DNA of 64,000 nt from Styela clava (lineage: Eukaryota): assembly GCF_964204865.1 (NCBI RefSeq), contig NC_135259.1, positions 9,734,001 through 9,798,000 of the forward strand, in the 5' to 3' direction. Below the pieces are notes generated by a model that saw only the letters and a list, made by a program, of their open reading frames with translations, was not told the origin of the DNA and ran no database searches. Shown here piece by piece: positions 1-13,144 of this stretch. A program made the translations under genes and the position numbers. The stretch's first letter is position 1, and every line of letters starts with the position of its first letter.

Positions 1-445
1 ATATATACATAACACTTATTTACCAATAATTAACTTATTTACCAATCACCAGATAAACCATTCACCAGATTAGTACAAGGTGACACATTTGATAGGCCGG
101 AGTCACCATACGAATCTGAGACGCGTATTGCTAATATGAACCTCTTATTAAGTAGACTAGGCTTTCGATACCTTGAGTAGAATGTTGCAAAACGCAACGT
201 TATAATGGCCCAGATATTATGACTAATTCATGTGTTTCTTTAATTTTGTCTGATTTTAATGACCATCCTTGTCCTTGTATGATCACTATACAGTGTGATA
301 GGTTTTTGCTTAATGTTCGTAAATTGCCGCTTGTAATTAATAAAAAGTATTGTATTATATATATATAAATTAATTACCAATCGGCAAAGACGTGCGGTAT
401 CAATTTAAGGTCATTTCATTTCATATACCTCTAAAATAACAATAC

Positions 446-478
<33 letters not shown>

Positions 479-479
479 T
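446..479. repeat. (TA)n microsatellite, one interruption
   Basis: catatatatatatatatgtatatatatatatatatc seen directly. Confidence 0.9.
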
Positions 480-1360
480 CGATAGACCCGTGTTCTCCAC
501 TCCACTTAATGAAGATAAGAAAATTGTGCAATTCTATAAAATGTATCGTCTGTTTCTTCGAATAACGATTCGAAACATTTTTCTTACGAATCAGGTATTA
601 ACGTACACTATTACTCGTATAAATGAAAAATAAGGAAACAATTTTCTACAAAGGTCTGAAATGTAAGATTCTACATAGTGATTTGTATTGTGAAGAGATG
701 CATAACTCATCCATGCATCATGTAACCCTCTGTATGTGAATATACATCTTATCTATGATAAATTACCTGAATCAATATTATTGCGTTATACACGGTATGT
801 TAGTCGTTGGTTAGGCCTATACATTATCAATATATTGCGTTTGGTACTGACCACCTCTCACAGGGATATTAAGTTGACATTCATGTTGATCACTATAATA
901 TACCGTTCTTTTCGACTTCTATTTTTGATTTACCTTGTTGTTCTAATTGTTTTTGTTTGCGAGGTGGGAGACATCGCTCATTAGCATTTAAATTTCGCTC
1001 GAAGTTTTTTTTTTTATGGAAAATCCCAGCAACCAAATTACACTTACTTACTTTTTTCGAATGTACCAGTAAGCTTTCTTGGATGTGTGGCCAGCGTGTT
1101 TTGTGAACTTTCGATGACTACAAGTGAATCATTTGAAATGATTCAAATACAAATTACCAAATGAGATCAATTCGAATGCGACCGATGATTCTGTTTGATC
1201 TAGTCATACTGATCGATCCAGTCTATGGTATTCACGCAGACACATTTTCAATACACAACAATACATTATTGAACTTTTTTTGACGGAAACAAACAGTGAA
1301 TAAATAATAAAAGGTAAAATATAATGAATAATACTGCATAAAAATACGCGTTGCATCAAA

Positions 1361-3427
1361 TTACAATAGTGAGCAAATTTTCTTGGGTTTTTCTGAATTT
1401 GCTGGATACAAAATTGCCGAAGCAGTCTCTACAAACAATTCCCTGATATTCTCTTGCGTCTTAGCTGAACATTCTCTGTAAAAAAGTACTCCCAACTTCT
1501 CCGCTAATGCAGATCCTTCTTCATACCTAGAATTCCATTTTAAAAAATACATTCTAAATTTATTCATCGTGAATGGCCTGAATAATTAGATGAGCATAAA
1601 TCAGTTTACATTGTAAAATTGTTGAGTCACTTTAGAATTCTAAGAAGTATGAACAGTCATATCCAATACCATTACATTTTTTTAGGCTCACACCATACAG
1701 ACAGCACAATTTCCACAACCTTCACATAAAAACAGCGCACTTTTGACCATAGTATGCACCGGCCTACCCGCCTACGTACGAGCAACTTAATTATTATTGA
1801 AGCAAATCTGTATTTTTTCAAATTTTTGCAAAACATGTCAACCAAATGCTATGCGTTATTAAGTATATTATCCTGTTACTACATATGGTTATAGATAATA
1901 TATTATGGATTGTCACGACAGGTTTTTTTTTCAGTAAATTGAGACTGATAAAGAAGAGTGTTCGATTTCTATAAGACTTGTGCGAATTTACCTATACGAA
2001 TGATTACTCACGTGACAGGACGTTTTCCTTGTTTTTTCAACTCTTCCGCCACCGCTTCCGAATTTCGTAAATCCATTTTTGTACCGACTAATATCGTTTT
2101 TGCTCTCGGTACGTGATGAGTTACTTCGGGAAACCATTTTTCGACAATATTGTCCATTGACGTTGGAGATGTTACAGAAAAACAAAGTAAGAAAACGTCT
2201 GTTTTTGGATATGACAGAGGACGAAGTCTGAAACATAGATTCATATTTTTCTACCATTTATAAATAACAGTAACTAGAATATACACATCCTTCATTTATG
2301 ATCAAATGCACCACCATTAAAATCAATGATACCCAATAAGGGTTATGATGCATTAAATTTGATAACATCTTTGTACGTAGGAAGAGATTTCTCATCCGGC
2401 TTCTGACTATGGGACTTTGTCACAGCCATGTTCAGTCTTGTTTTTGATATCCAGTGGTGATATAATGTTTTACGATGTACCTGTCATAATCTTCTTGACC
2501 CGCCGTGTCCCATAGTCCCATATTTACAAGAATGTCATTGACCATAACATTTGCTGAAAAATTGTCGAAAACTGTTGGGATATATTCTTCTTCAGGGAAA
2601 GCATTGTTGGTAAAACTTTGTAGAACGCATGTTTTTCCGACGCCTCCATCTCCAACTATCACACATTTAACGGCCTTGTAAAATGAATCAAGAAAGTAAA
2701 TCCATTCATATGAGAATAAGTTTTATTGGTAAGTCTACTTGTCACTGGGTATCTATATGTAAATAGTTTTGTTTATACAATTGGTTTTTGCTAAACCAAT
2801 ATGTATGGATATGGCAATACTAGTGAATGACAAAACCATTCAGAAATATTTCAATCACTTCGATGTTTTGGGTTTTATAATTAGGCCTAGTTGCATAACT
2901 GAAATATATGAGCACAAAGACGGTAGTATCGAGCATCAGGAATCCCAACTGAAGAAATATAGTAGTTTGGGCAGAAACGTCTCGGGTTAAATAAAAATGT
3001 AAGAGCCTTCGATCCAGCAAGAAAAAAGAGAAGTGATCACTGGTGCACTATATATTCAAAATTAAAACCAACATTTTCATCAAAATATAACTTCGTGTTA
3101 TCAACATTAAGAACCGAACACATAAGCCGCCAAATACGCAAATTATTGAATGATCTATTATTCTATTACATTTGGCAAACCTTTACCTTCAAATTAAAAA
3201 TTTTGCATTCGGAATTTTGTTTTTGAGTCAGACTCTATTTCACTTTCTTAAATTCGTTTACAAAGTTGTATGACAACTCATAATCCAATAACCAATATAT
3301 ATCCTAGTACTAGTAAAATAGTGATATATATATATTCAGATTCTACAGCTAATCATTCGTAATTATATACATAAAATTATAATAATAAATAGGATTTATG
3401 TATGTAACATACTTGCTGCACGGACAT
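1361..3427 (-). CDS. Rac-like Rho-family small GTPase, 4 coding exons, about 196 aa
   Basis: Exons (minus): 3427-3413 (MSVQQ, gtatgt donor), 2674-2481, 2227-2012, 1526-1361. All introns are GT-AG and phases (0,2,2) are consistent. Protein has P-loop GDGGVGKT, effector [29 protein letters not shown]4 VGTKMD, Rho insert helix, ECSAK and CAAX box CSLL. Closest to the Rac/Cdc42 type; exact orthologue not assignable. Confidence 0.92.
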
Positions 3428-5189
3428 CTCTCTTTAAGAATTGGATGAGAACTTGATATCAGCGAACAAAATTTTGTATCCAAACGGCAATTTATTTATT
3501 GGTAGCTAGTGACTCTTTATGTCTGTTTATCAAGACAGTCCACCTAAGGTAATAAGCTTCCGCCACATAATGAATTGCATTTGCGTGGTGGACGTTTTCA
3601 ATCTATTACATCGTTGTTTTATCGGTTTCATTTGAGTATTTCAAGCATAGTATGATGTGGAATTTGTGCGGCCCACGATTAACTGGTATTTGAATAGTGA
3701 TCACAGGTGCTCTCTTGGACTATTTTAAATAAATACACAATATAAAAAATGTGTTTCAAATGAGAAATTTATTGTAATCATTATTATACCGTCAGAAATT
3801 TCTGGTGGGTCAATATGTATTCAATTTAGACGTGAATTAAATTTGTTAGAATTAGACTTGTACATACCGCTACTCGAATTGTATTCATTGTATTCACATT
3901 TAAGTACTATGAAATTCTATACAACATTGCTTGCTATTTTTAATAGTGATGAATTAACCAGCCCATCAATTGCGTTCGTGTGACTGCATATCGACGTAGC
4001 ATGTGTCATATGTCTTGCTATATAACCTGAGAACCTATTACGACAACTTAGACAACAGGATATATATATACGTGATAATGTGGTCTTCATCATCTTCTCC
4101 TATAACATTTCAGACACTATACTGTTTACGGTTTCTTATTTCTTCGTCATATTCGACTTGTTCACATCAGTTTTAAAGCGTTTTTAATAATTACTTTGTC
4201 AAAATTTTTCTTGCTTCGGTATCACATGGTTTGGTCATTTATCACGCCACCATGGCAGAAATTGCCACTTTTCTCCAACGACCACCTCCTGTCCATGCAG
4301 TTCACGGTCGGAGGCATCATGTGTGGGCTTTCTGTTAACTTTTGGATGTATGTGTGGAAAGTTGGATTGTATGTCAAAATCAAAACAAATAAAATAAATC
4401 ATTCTTGATAACATTCAAAGCCTTCAAATTTACTGAATTTGTTTATTGCTCGTGCATTAAGACCTATGACGATTCCTGCATTATATCATTACACCAAATG
4501 CCATGAACTTAGGTGGTTTCGTGTTGCGTGCAGTAGTTTTCAGGGATTTCTGATGTGCCATATATATAGTATATATATTACCGGTTTGACTCATGACTAC
4601 TTATCACACTAATGAGGTACGCTAAAATTGTCTTATTCTTTTTGCATAATACAGAATTTGTATACAAATCCCTGTTTTTTTTTACATGGCCGATGTTCAG
4701 AAAAAAAAGGAGTTGGACATCAAATATTTGAGTCTCATTCATAAGTATACAGGTTACCCAGATAATTGGTATCTTTTCCAGCGCGGTATCTTGTCTAAAC
4801 CTATTTCGTTTCAATCATTTTTATTTTCAATACAATTTCAATATGTGGAAAATTCCGTTATTTAAAAAGAGCCTTCGTAATAGAAAATAGACATTGTATA
4901 TACTAAACAAACATGAGAGATACTGATATATTGACGCCGAACCTGTTATATTTATGCTTATTTAATTTAATCTGGTGGCAACTGACTCTGGTGACCCCTA
5001 AAGGCAGTATCGTTGCGTCCCAGTCATGTACCAAAAACATCTGTTTATTTGATATTTATATATGTATGTATGTATATATTGTTTTGACGAAATAAACTCT
5101 CTCTACTGTGGGACATTTTTATTCCTTCTTCTTATATATCTGATAACAATCTTTTTATCTTACAATAAACAATATATTATTTATATATT

Positions 5190-6010
5190 GTTAACCATAG
5201 AGACCTTATAACCGTATAAGCAAATAATAGCTTTTAATCCAAAACGTGAGCAATACTGTAAAAATCTCAAATTGTGATAGAATTTTGAAGCAAAAGTGTA
5301 GATTGGATATTGGGAGAACACCACAGTCAAGCGTGGTACTTTTGGGATATCCGATTCAAAATTGCACCATGGAGATTTTTTGATGGTTTATCAGCCAAAC
5401 ACATAGCAATAGGTATACGACAACTCCATTAAATGATCGAGAATAAATACCGAGACGAATTAGCAAAATAATAAATTCAATTTGAATCAATACATAGCCT
5501 ACTCTGAATTCCTCCAAAATTAATTTAAATTCGGTCTTTCAAATGTTAGTTTTTGTCCATTTTATGGTGATAAGTTCAAAGTCTGTGAATTGCCTACGGG
5601 CTAAACGGATATATTTATGGGTCAATTAGATCGAAGTGCTTATTTTAGATGCTAATATTAAAAGCAATGTGCATTAGTGAAGAGTGTTCGTCATTTTATA
5701 TTCTTTTAACGGTATGGTATGTTTATGCAAGGGCGACACGTGGCGGTGAATATCTGACATTCAATTCGTCGTACCAAAGAATAATTTTTCACTAGGACGT
5801 AAGATATATATTCCGTTATTTTGTCTGCGGAAAAAAAACTGTAACAAATCAAAAGTATAACGCGATGTTTGGTATAGAATAGTTCAGAGATCCTCTAACA
5901 GAAAGTTCGTGTTACCTTGTCGACGAGACCATTTGGTTCGTATATCTAAGAATATTGAAGTATGTATGCCAATATATGCGAAGTTAAAATTTCCTATATA
6001 AAAAAGTTCA
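5190..6010 (-). repeat. Interspersed repeat; inverted copy of 23145-24030 and partly of 45300-45680
   Basis: Shared blocks such as gcacttcgatctaattgacccataaat, tgtcagatattc(c)accg and tatacggttataaggtctctatg, reverse-complemented here. Boundaries approximate. Confidence 0.85.
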
Positions 6011-6136
6011 AATGCCTGTTTGGAGTTTTCAGAGGCTGCGCACACGCATAGATTTACTGCGCACAGACGTATTTTGATAAAATCGAATGTTCTCGGTTGG
6101 CAGGTTGAGAAAGTTTGTTGTTGGCCCACCCATTAC

Positions 6137-6535
6137 TAGGGCTGGGCATTTCGAATCGAATATTCGAATCGAATCGAATAGTAAATTATTCGAATCGGTT
6201 TGGAGCAAATTTTCGAATCGCCGCCATGTTGTTTTACTCTTTCCGCCAATGGTCGAGGTAAATTTCTCAATTTTTTTTTTCATTGAAGCCATATTTTTTT
6301 AACACAATGCTGACTTATGACTCTTTTCTGTATTAAGGTATTGATGAAAACGTTTTTTTTTTATTGTCAGTGATGTATTCTATGTTTTCAGTAATTTATG
6401 TGTCTGAAGGACCTAAAATACTAAGAAATTTACATACAATTTCATACCTTCCAAGTATTCGAGATTCGATTCGATTCGAAAAAAATATTCGATTCGATTC
6501 TGAAATCATCAGGTATTCGAAAATGCCCAGCCCTA
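6137..6535. mobile_element. Non-autonomous hAT-type MITE
   Basis: TIR tagggctgggcattt...aaatgcccagcccta, subterminal (cgaat)n arrays, perfect 8-bp TSD CCCATTAC at 6129-6136 and 6536-6543. Confidence 0.92.
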
Positions 6536-8229
6536 CCCATTACGCGGTTAGAACGCTAAAATTTCTTCACTGGTTTTTGCACAAATATTAGTCATTTCCA
6601 AAAAAGTGCGCACACACCAAAATTTCTGCCCGCACATACTACAAAAAATTAGAGGGAACATTGGTTATGGTCGATATTATTTATTTTTATACATATATAC
6701 ATGTTTCATTGGGAAAGTGGCGAATACGGCCGTTACTTTACATTTGGCTCATCTCCTGTATATTCACTTTTTGAATACATAGTCTCGGAACTTCCTGCCC
6801 TAAATGTGAAACAGATATGGAAACTGCACTAATTTAAATTCAAAAGACCTCAAATATTCAATTGTCAAAAATGTGTGTACCCCATCCCCGTTCAAACTAG
6901 AGACATATTTACCAGAGAAGTTCTAACATGACAGCATAAGTGAATGAAAATCAAAGTTATCACGAATGAAATAAAACACACAAAATCCAATCATAGTCGC
7001 AATCTCTCGAGTTTGTTAAGTCCCCTTCAAATGCAGCTAGCAAACATATAACTCGGACAGTTTTCCTTCTGAATTCATGCGTTCGTCATCTCCGCATTTG
7101 GGAGAAAATGTTCCCTCCTGGATTCACTCCTCCTCTCCGCAGGTTCCCGCTCCGATAGGCAACAGTACTAGCTCATATTGACCACGCACAATGAGATTCC
7201 AACAATTCAGGGCTCCACCACTGAAGTCAATACACTCAATCCCATTTCTGAAAACCGGTCACAACAGTCCAGCCAGTCTCAACCACCGCCTGCATATTGA
7301 GCAAACATCATTACTCGAAAGCTCATTCATAAAAAAAAAACATTGTTCAACACCAAGGGGGGACAATTTCAATTCCCAACTCTGCTGCAACTTGGAACAC
7401 ACAGTCTTTTCACCACTAGACATTATCGTCAGTCATATCAAACTCACTTGAACAAAAGCCCATAGTCTACTGCTGGTCAGGATCCACTACATATTCACTG
7501 CCTCCGCCGGATGAATACAGGTCAGGTCCATTTCTCATAAACTTGCCCAGACATTGCGCTGCTCCTATCCGAAAATCTGTGCATTGCCCCCCTTGAAACA
7601 CCGTTCCTGAAGTCGACGCCTTTGGTACACGATTCTTCTATGCTGAAATTCGCTTCCTTTTGTCTTCTTTGAAATAGCCGTCAATAAATCTGTCCAAATA
7701 CGCTGCGTGCTTGCCATTGTCACGGACGAAGATGTAATCCTGGCGTGCTCGCCATTGTCACAGTTTATGAAGATATTGCTACTGTGTGTTGAATGAATCA
7801 GAAGACTCAAGAATTCCGGATTGGTTGTTTATTGTACGCAACTCCAATATCAGACTTATAACAGATTACATCACTAAAAACACGACCGACCTTCAACCCG
7901 ACGGCCGTAGAAATGAAAGCGAAAGATATAATTTCCTCTTAACGTGTAGTGAGTGGTCGGAGTCCAAATTCGACAAAACTGCATTGAATAAGGGTCAACA
8001 TTACAGTCTTTAAACATAAAAATATATATACACACAATATAAACGTGGACGCCATGGTCCGCGACAGAATCAATTGGAAATGTAATAGCTTTTAACAAAG
8101 TATATAGAAGATAGTTATTAAATTGTACTTGATAAGGGATATATATAAATGATCATGAGCGTGTTGAAAGTTACTGCTAACACTATGTGATTAGGCTCTG
8201 ACCAATATTGAATTACCATTATATGACAT

Positions 8230-11200
8230 ATGGTCAAACAGTATAATATAGAGCAGTCAGACCAGAAATCGGTGCATAAATTTAGCAATCTCAAGGGTAT
8301 GAATGTCGGACAGTTTCAACACTCTGGTTTTATGGTAAAGGGGGTTTAAGTTTGTACGCTCTGGAGAGAGTTCTAAGTTAGAACTTCTAACAGCTGTATT
8401 CTGTAAAACTTCTAATTTGTGAATGTTGGTTTGAGTTGCAAAGCCCAATGCAGTTATAGCATATTGGATGTGGGATTGAAAACGAGCAAAATAAACGGTT
8501 CGCAGAGTATCATCCTGCACATAATGCCTAAGTTCTCCCAAAATCCCAACCGACCTTGACAATTTCTTGTGCATCTCGATAATATGAGTGCTTCATTTTA
8601 AGTTACTATCTTTATAGCGCCAGAGATATTTATAGGATTGAACAGCTTCCAAAACAACCCCCCTGCTTTTGATTAGGATGTTAAAATGTTTTTTAAGCGA
8701 TTTAGAACTGGATAGGGTGACTTCAGATTTTTCCACATTCACAGTGAGTTTGTTGCATAACATCCACTCAATTATTTTATCTATTTCACTGTTCAAAGTA
8801 TGTTGGAGCGTGGTTGAATCTTCGGCACTGGCAAGTAAGCAAGCATCATCGGCAAAGAGTTTTGTTAAAAGAACCCAACAGTTTGACAAATCATTTATGA
8901 AAAGTAAGAAAACCAACGGTCCAATGACCGAACCTTGGACAATTCCACAGTGGATGGGCAATATCGGAGACCTATAGCATCCTACCTACCTCAACAAACT
9001 GTGATCGACCAGTCAGGTAATTACATAACAGTTTGCTTGCATTGCCTCTAAAACCACAGTGTATCAACTTTTGGACAAAGATTTGATGGTTAACTGTGTC
9101 GAAGGCTTTCGGTAAAATATCTAAACTAAATGATAAAATAAATAAATAAATGACCCAAATGTATGATGTATGCGACTAGTTACAAGAAAAAATATAGAAT
9201 ATTATCATGCCCAGCTATTTGCCTTCTGGAACTTACTTTTGAACATATTGTTTTTATGTTCGATGTAATTATGAATTCCTTTGGTAATCCAAGGTTTGAA
9301 GTAAAATTTATTTTCTTTACGTAAAAATGGTCTTAATGGGGCATGCATATTGATTAACCACTTGAAGTGGATAAGAAAAAGATCGAATGAGTTATTAAAG
9401 TTTTCTACATAATATAACATTAGTAAAATTATTACACATTGACTTAGCTTTTAGCCTGGATGAGTCAGCACAAAATTTAGCCATGTCCCGTTTCATGCGA
9501 GTGTTTGTCATAACATTGCCAGTAGTTGATCATATTGTACACATTATGGGAATGTGGTCGGCAAAATCACCGAGCAAAATAAATGACGAAGTACAGGAAT
9601 TTATGTGATTGGTGTAGATGTGGTCAATTAATGTGTGGGAGGTTGAGGTCACTCTGGTTGGTTTGGAGATAAGTGGACATATGAAATTAGTCATTAGCAT
9701 ATCCAGATACTTGGTAGTAGGATTGTCACAAGAATTAAAAAGATTTATATTAAAGTCGCCTAATATTATAAATTGCGTTTTAGCCATCGCCAGCTTCTCA
9801 AATAAACAATACATTGCTGTAGTTAATGATGGGATATTATTCTTTGGAGTTTGGATGTTTATATATTATACCGACAACAAGATTTTGAATTTTTGAGGTT
9901 GTTTGGAAATACTTGAGTTCGATCCACAAGTTCTCACAGTTTGGGAAGCAAAGGCTGGAGTCAGTGCATACATGATAAATCAGATGAAGTGCAGGAATTT
10001 ATGATATTGTTGTAGATGTGGTCAAATAATGTGTGGGAGGTTGAGGTCACTCTGGTTGGTTTGGAGATAAGTGGACATATGAAATTAGTCATTAGCATAT
10101 CCAGATACTTGGTAGTAGGATTGTCACAAGAATTAAGAAGATTTTTATTAAAGTCGCCTAATATTATAAATTGCTTTTTAGCCATTGCCAGCTTCTCCAA
10201 TGAACAATACATTGCTGTAGTTAATGATGGGATATTTTTCTTTGGATGTTTATATATTCTACCGACAATAAGATTTTGAATTTTTGAGGTTGGTTGGAAA
10301 TACTTGCGTTCGATCCACAAGTCCTCACAGTTTGGGAAGCAAAGGCTAAAGTCAGTGCATACATGATAAATCAGATTGTCCCTAATATAAAAACCAACAT
10401 CGCCTGCGCGAGTAAACAAGGGGGCATTAATGAAAGTGTAACCAGGGATATCAATATTTACAACAGCTGTCTCACTTACGATCCTGGTCTCAATAATTTG
10501 ATGCAGAATACAAAAAATTGAAATAAGCTCAACTAGATTATCGGCATATTTTGCCAAAGATCTGATGTTATGGTGCAATATAATAAAATCTGTTGGTAGA
10601 AAACTTGAAGTTACCCCATTGCTATTAGATATTTCGAGGTATCGACTTACAATAGTAGGTTGATTCCCAAGTCAGATAAGGATCATTCATAGATGAGGAA
10701 CGCTAATGGGTTCGAATTGAATTAGATAATATGAAGTTGGTTGATGCGAGGTGGGCATTAGAGGTCATTAGATGGGCTATTCCAATGGGTACTAAAGGTA
10801 ATTCAACCAATAATATGATAGAATATTTTACTCAGATATGGCAGTAAAAAATTAATTAGACTCATCTTTTTTTGATAAGATCTTCGTCTTCAGTTATGGA
10901 TAGAGTGTTAGTGTATTTGTTCTTTTTATCAGCACCTTGCCGTTTGATGTCTATAGGAAGGCGTAACCACATTGCTTTTTGAGAACTTTCGTTTTATAAA
11001 ATATGTTCTTGTTTTCGTCGGTCAAATTCTCAACAGCAAACGCTTTAGATAGGTTTCTTATGGATGTTGAATTGGTAGCGGTTTTGATTAAGTGGCGATT
11101 TTTGAGGATTCTAGCTGTGATTTCCCGATTGGTAAATTTTGCGACAATCGGTTTATAGATGTTGGAATTTCGCGTTGGACAACGATGTGTTACAGAGATA

Positions 11201-11720
11201 TCAGATGGTTTGATGTCCACATGAATAATTTTTTCAATTTCTGTCACCAATTTGTCAGTGTCCTCATTTTTATTAGGTGCAATGCCATGAAATTCTAGAT
11301 TGTCCCATCTAGATCGGCACTTTTGTTCCTTAATTTTTTCTGTGGCGTAGAATAATTTGTCCCCTAGGACTGGGGCATAAACCAACTCTTACAGATCTTT
11401 TATTTTTTTGCCATAGAGCACAAGTTTGTCATCTGTTATTTTTTTCTTGGCAATAATCTCATCATATTTTTCTGATTGAAAACTTTGAGATTCTCCCTGA
11501 TAGAAGCTTTTTTTTGCTTTCAGAGATACTATTTGTTCCGCCATACATTATTTTAGCCCAAGACTCATAGGTAGGTATTCAGAGGAGAAGTTTGCGGAGT
11601 TGAAGTTTTCAGCAAGGCATTTATTTGAAAATTAAATATGGTAATTGGTCTACTATATTTCTCTGTATTGCCTCCTGGAGATTCATCTGGAAGTAGAGAT
11701 GTTGTTGAGAGAAGCCATGT
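8230..11720 (-). mobile_element. Decayed non-LTR retrotransposon (L2/CR1 group, Crack-like ORF1)
   Basis: ORF1 fragment 10951-11385 (LEFHGI..., DISVTHR..., PIVAKFTNR). Endonuclease fragments 9530-10578 (HHNIRSL, IILGDFN, PTRVTSTSHTLIDHIY, ADH). RT fragments 8257-9110 (KAFDTVNH, GIVQGSVIGPLVFLLFINDL, LFADDA). Multiple frameshifts and stops. Boundaries approximate. Confidence 0.92.
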
Positions 11721-13144
11721 TGTTATAGATCTTTGACATATATGCTCGAATTGATGTTGAAGTGCACAGCTATGATTCAGTTAGAGTCTAACTGTTAGAC
11801 TATTATGCTAGTTTTAGGTTAGATTTTAAAACTATACTCAAACAACACTATACCTCAATCAAATAGCGAATGACTTCACCTGACTTATTTTTTCACTCAC
11901 AGCACGCAAGGCAATTTTAGAGCTACACTAGCGATCTATAAACTGTCTAAAAAAGGATACTCATTAAGATTAAATTTGGGAAAGCCCGCTCTAAATATTA
12001 CAGTGACCGTGTGATGTTGCGTTATCGCATAATTTTTCGCGCGGCGTGATTTCTCAATGATTTCACGGGTCACTGCGTTATCAACCGCGATTTACTCCAA
12101 AGTTCAGACCATTGAGGTATACACCTCAATGGTTCAGACGCGTTGCTCGCTGGTTTGACTATGACTTTAACATCAACGATTGGGTTTACTACTGAGGTTC
12201 TGGATACGGAGGAATAAAAGAATATGCAAAAAAGACGGTGGTGGATTCTCCTGTTTTTCAGATAAAGAGTACCCCAGGTAGAAAGATACCTGGTTGGTGT
12301 GGTTTCGTGCAGTACGGTGCACCTCTGCTGTACCGTACCCGTAACATTCGTATTTACCAATACAGCAACTACCGTTGTTCCAATTTTCCGTATCATATAG
12401 TCATATGACCAACCCTATATACCGGTAAGTAGGGTACCGGTATAACATAAGGCACAGATACTGTACAGCACCAGTTCACCCAATTGTTTATAAATGCTGC
12501 CAAATAACAGACCAAGATGTCTTGAAATCTATAAGATGCACTGACGTAATATAAGATAACTGAGAAGCATTGTGTGATTAATTTATGATATAATCTTCCA
12601 CCAAACTTTAAAAAATATTCTGTTCAGTATCAAATAAATAAAATAATTTTGTGTTTTTTGTAGAAAGTGAGAGCTATGGAACCTGAATTTTGGATGAACA
12701 ACGATTTTACTCTTAAATTTATATATATAGTTCTCTAAGTTCCCTTAATAAAAATTGATCTATCAACAATACCATAAGACACTTGGTGGTACCAATGCCA
12801 CACGCATATATCGTTCATGGATAAAAGAATTTCAAGATGTTTCTTTCTGGACATTGAATATCGAATTAAATAGAAAAAATTTCTAAAATGTCTTTAAACG
12901 AATTTTTCTATCAGAAAAAGTTTGTCGTCCAATGTAGATGGTGTAATACAGGGTACCTAAAGAAAAAGGTACTATGGCGTAGAGGAATAGAAACAAATTG
13001 AAAGCATAAAATTGAAAAGGGCCGTGTACAATAATATACACAAGAAAAAATAACCATATTTTGCCCTAATATTTTTTTGTGAAAATCTAGACGTATATGT
13101 AGATATATTTGGACGACACGATAAGCAGCATGTAAAATAAGAGG

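Noticed and set aside
12001-12396. Small hairpin cagtgaccgtg...cacgggtcactg and the adjacent 108-aa ORF
   Set aside because: Short imperfect palindrome without TSD; the ORF has no recognisable motif or splice support.
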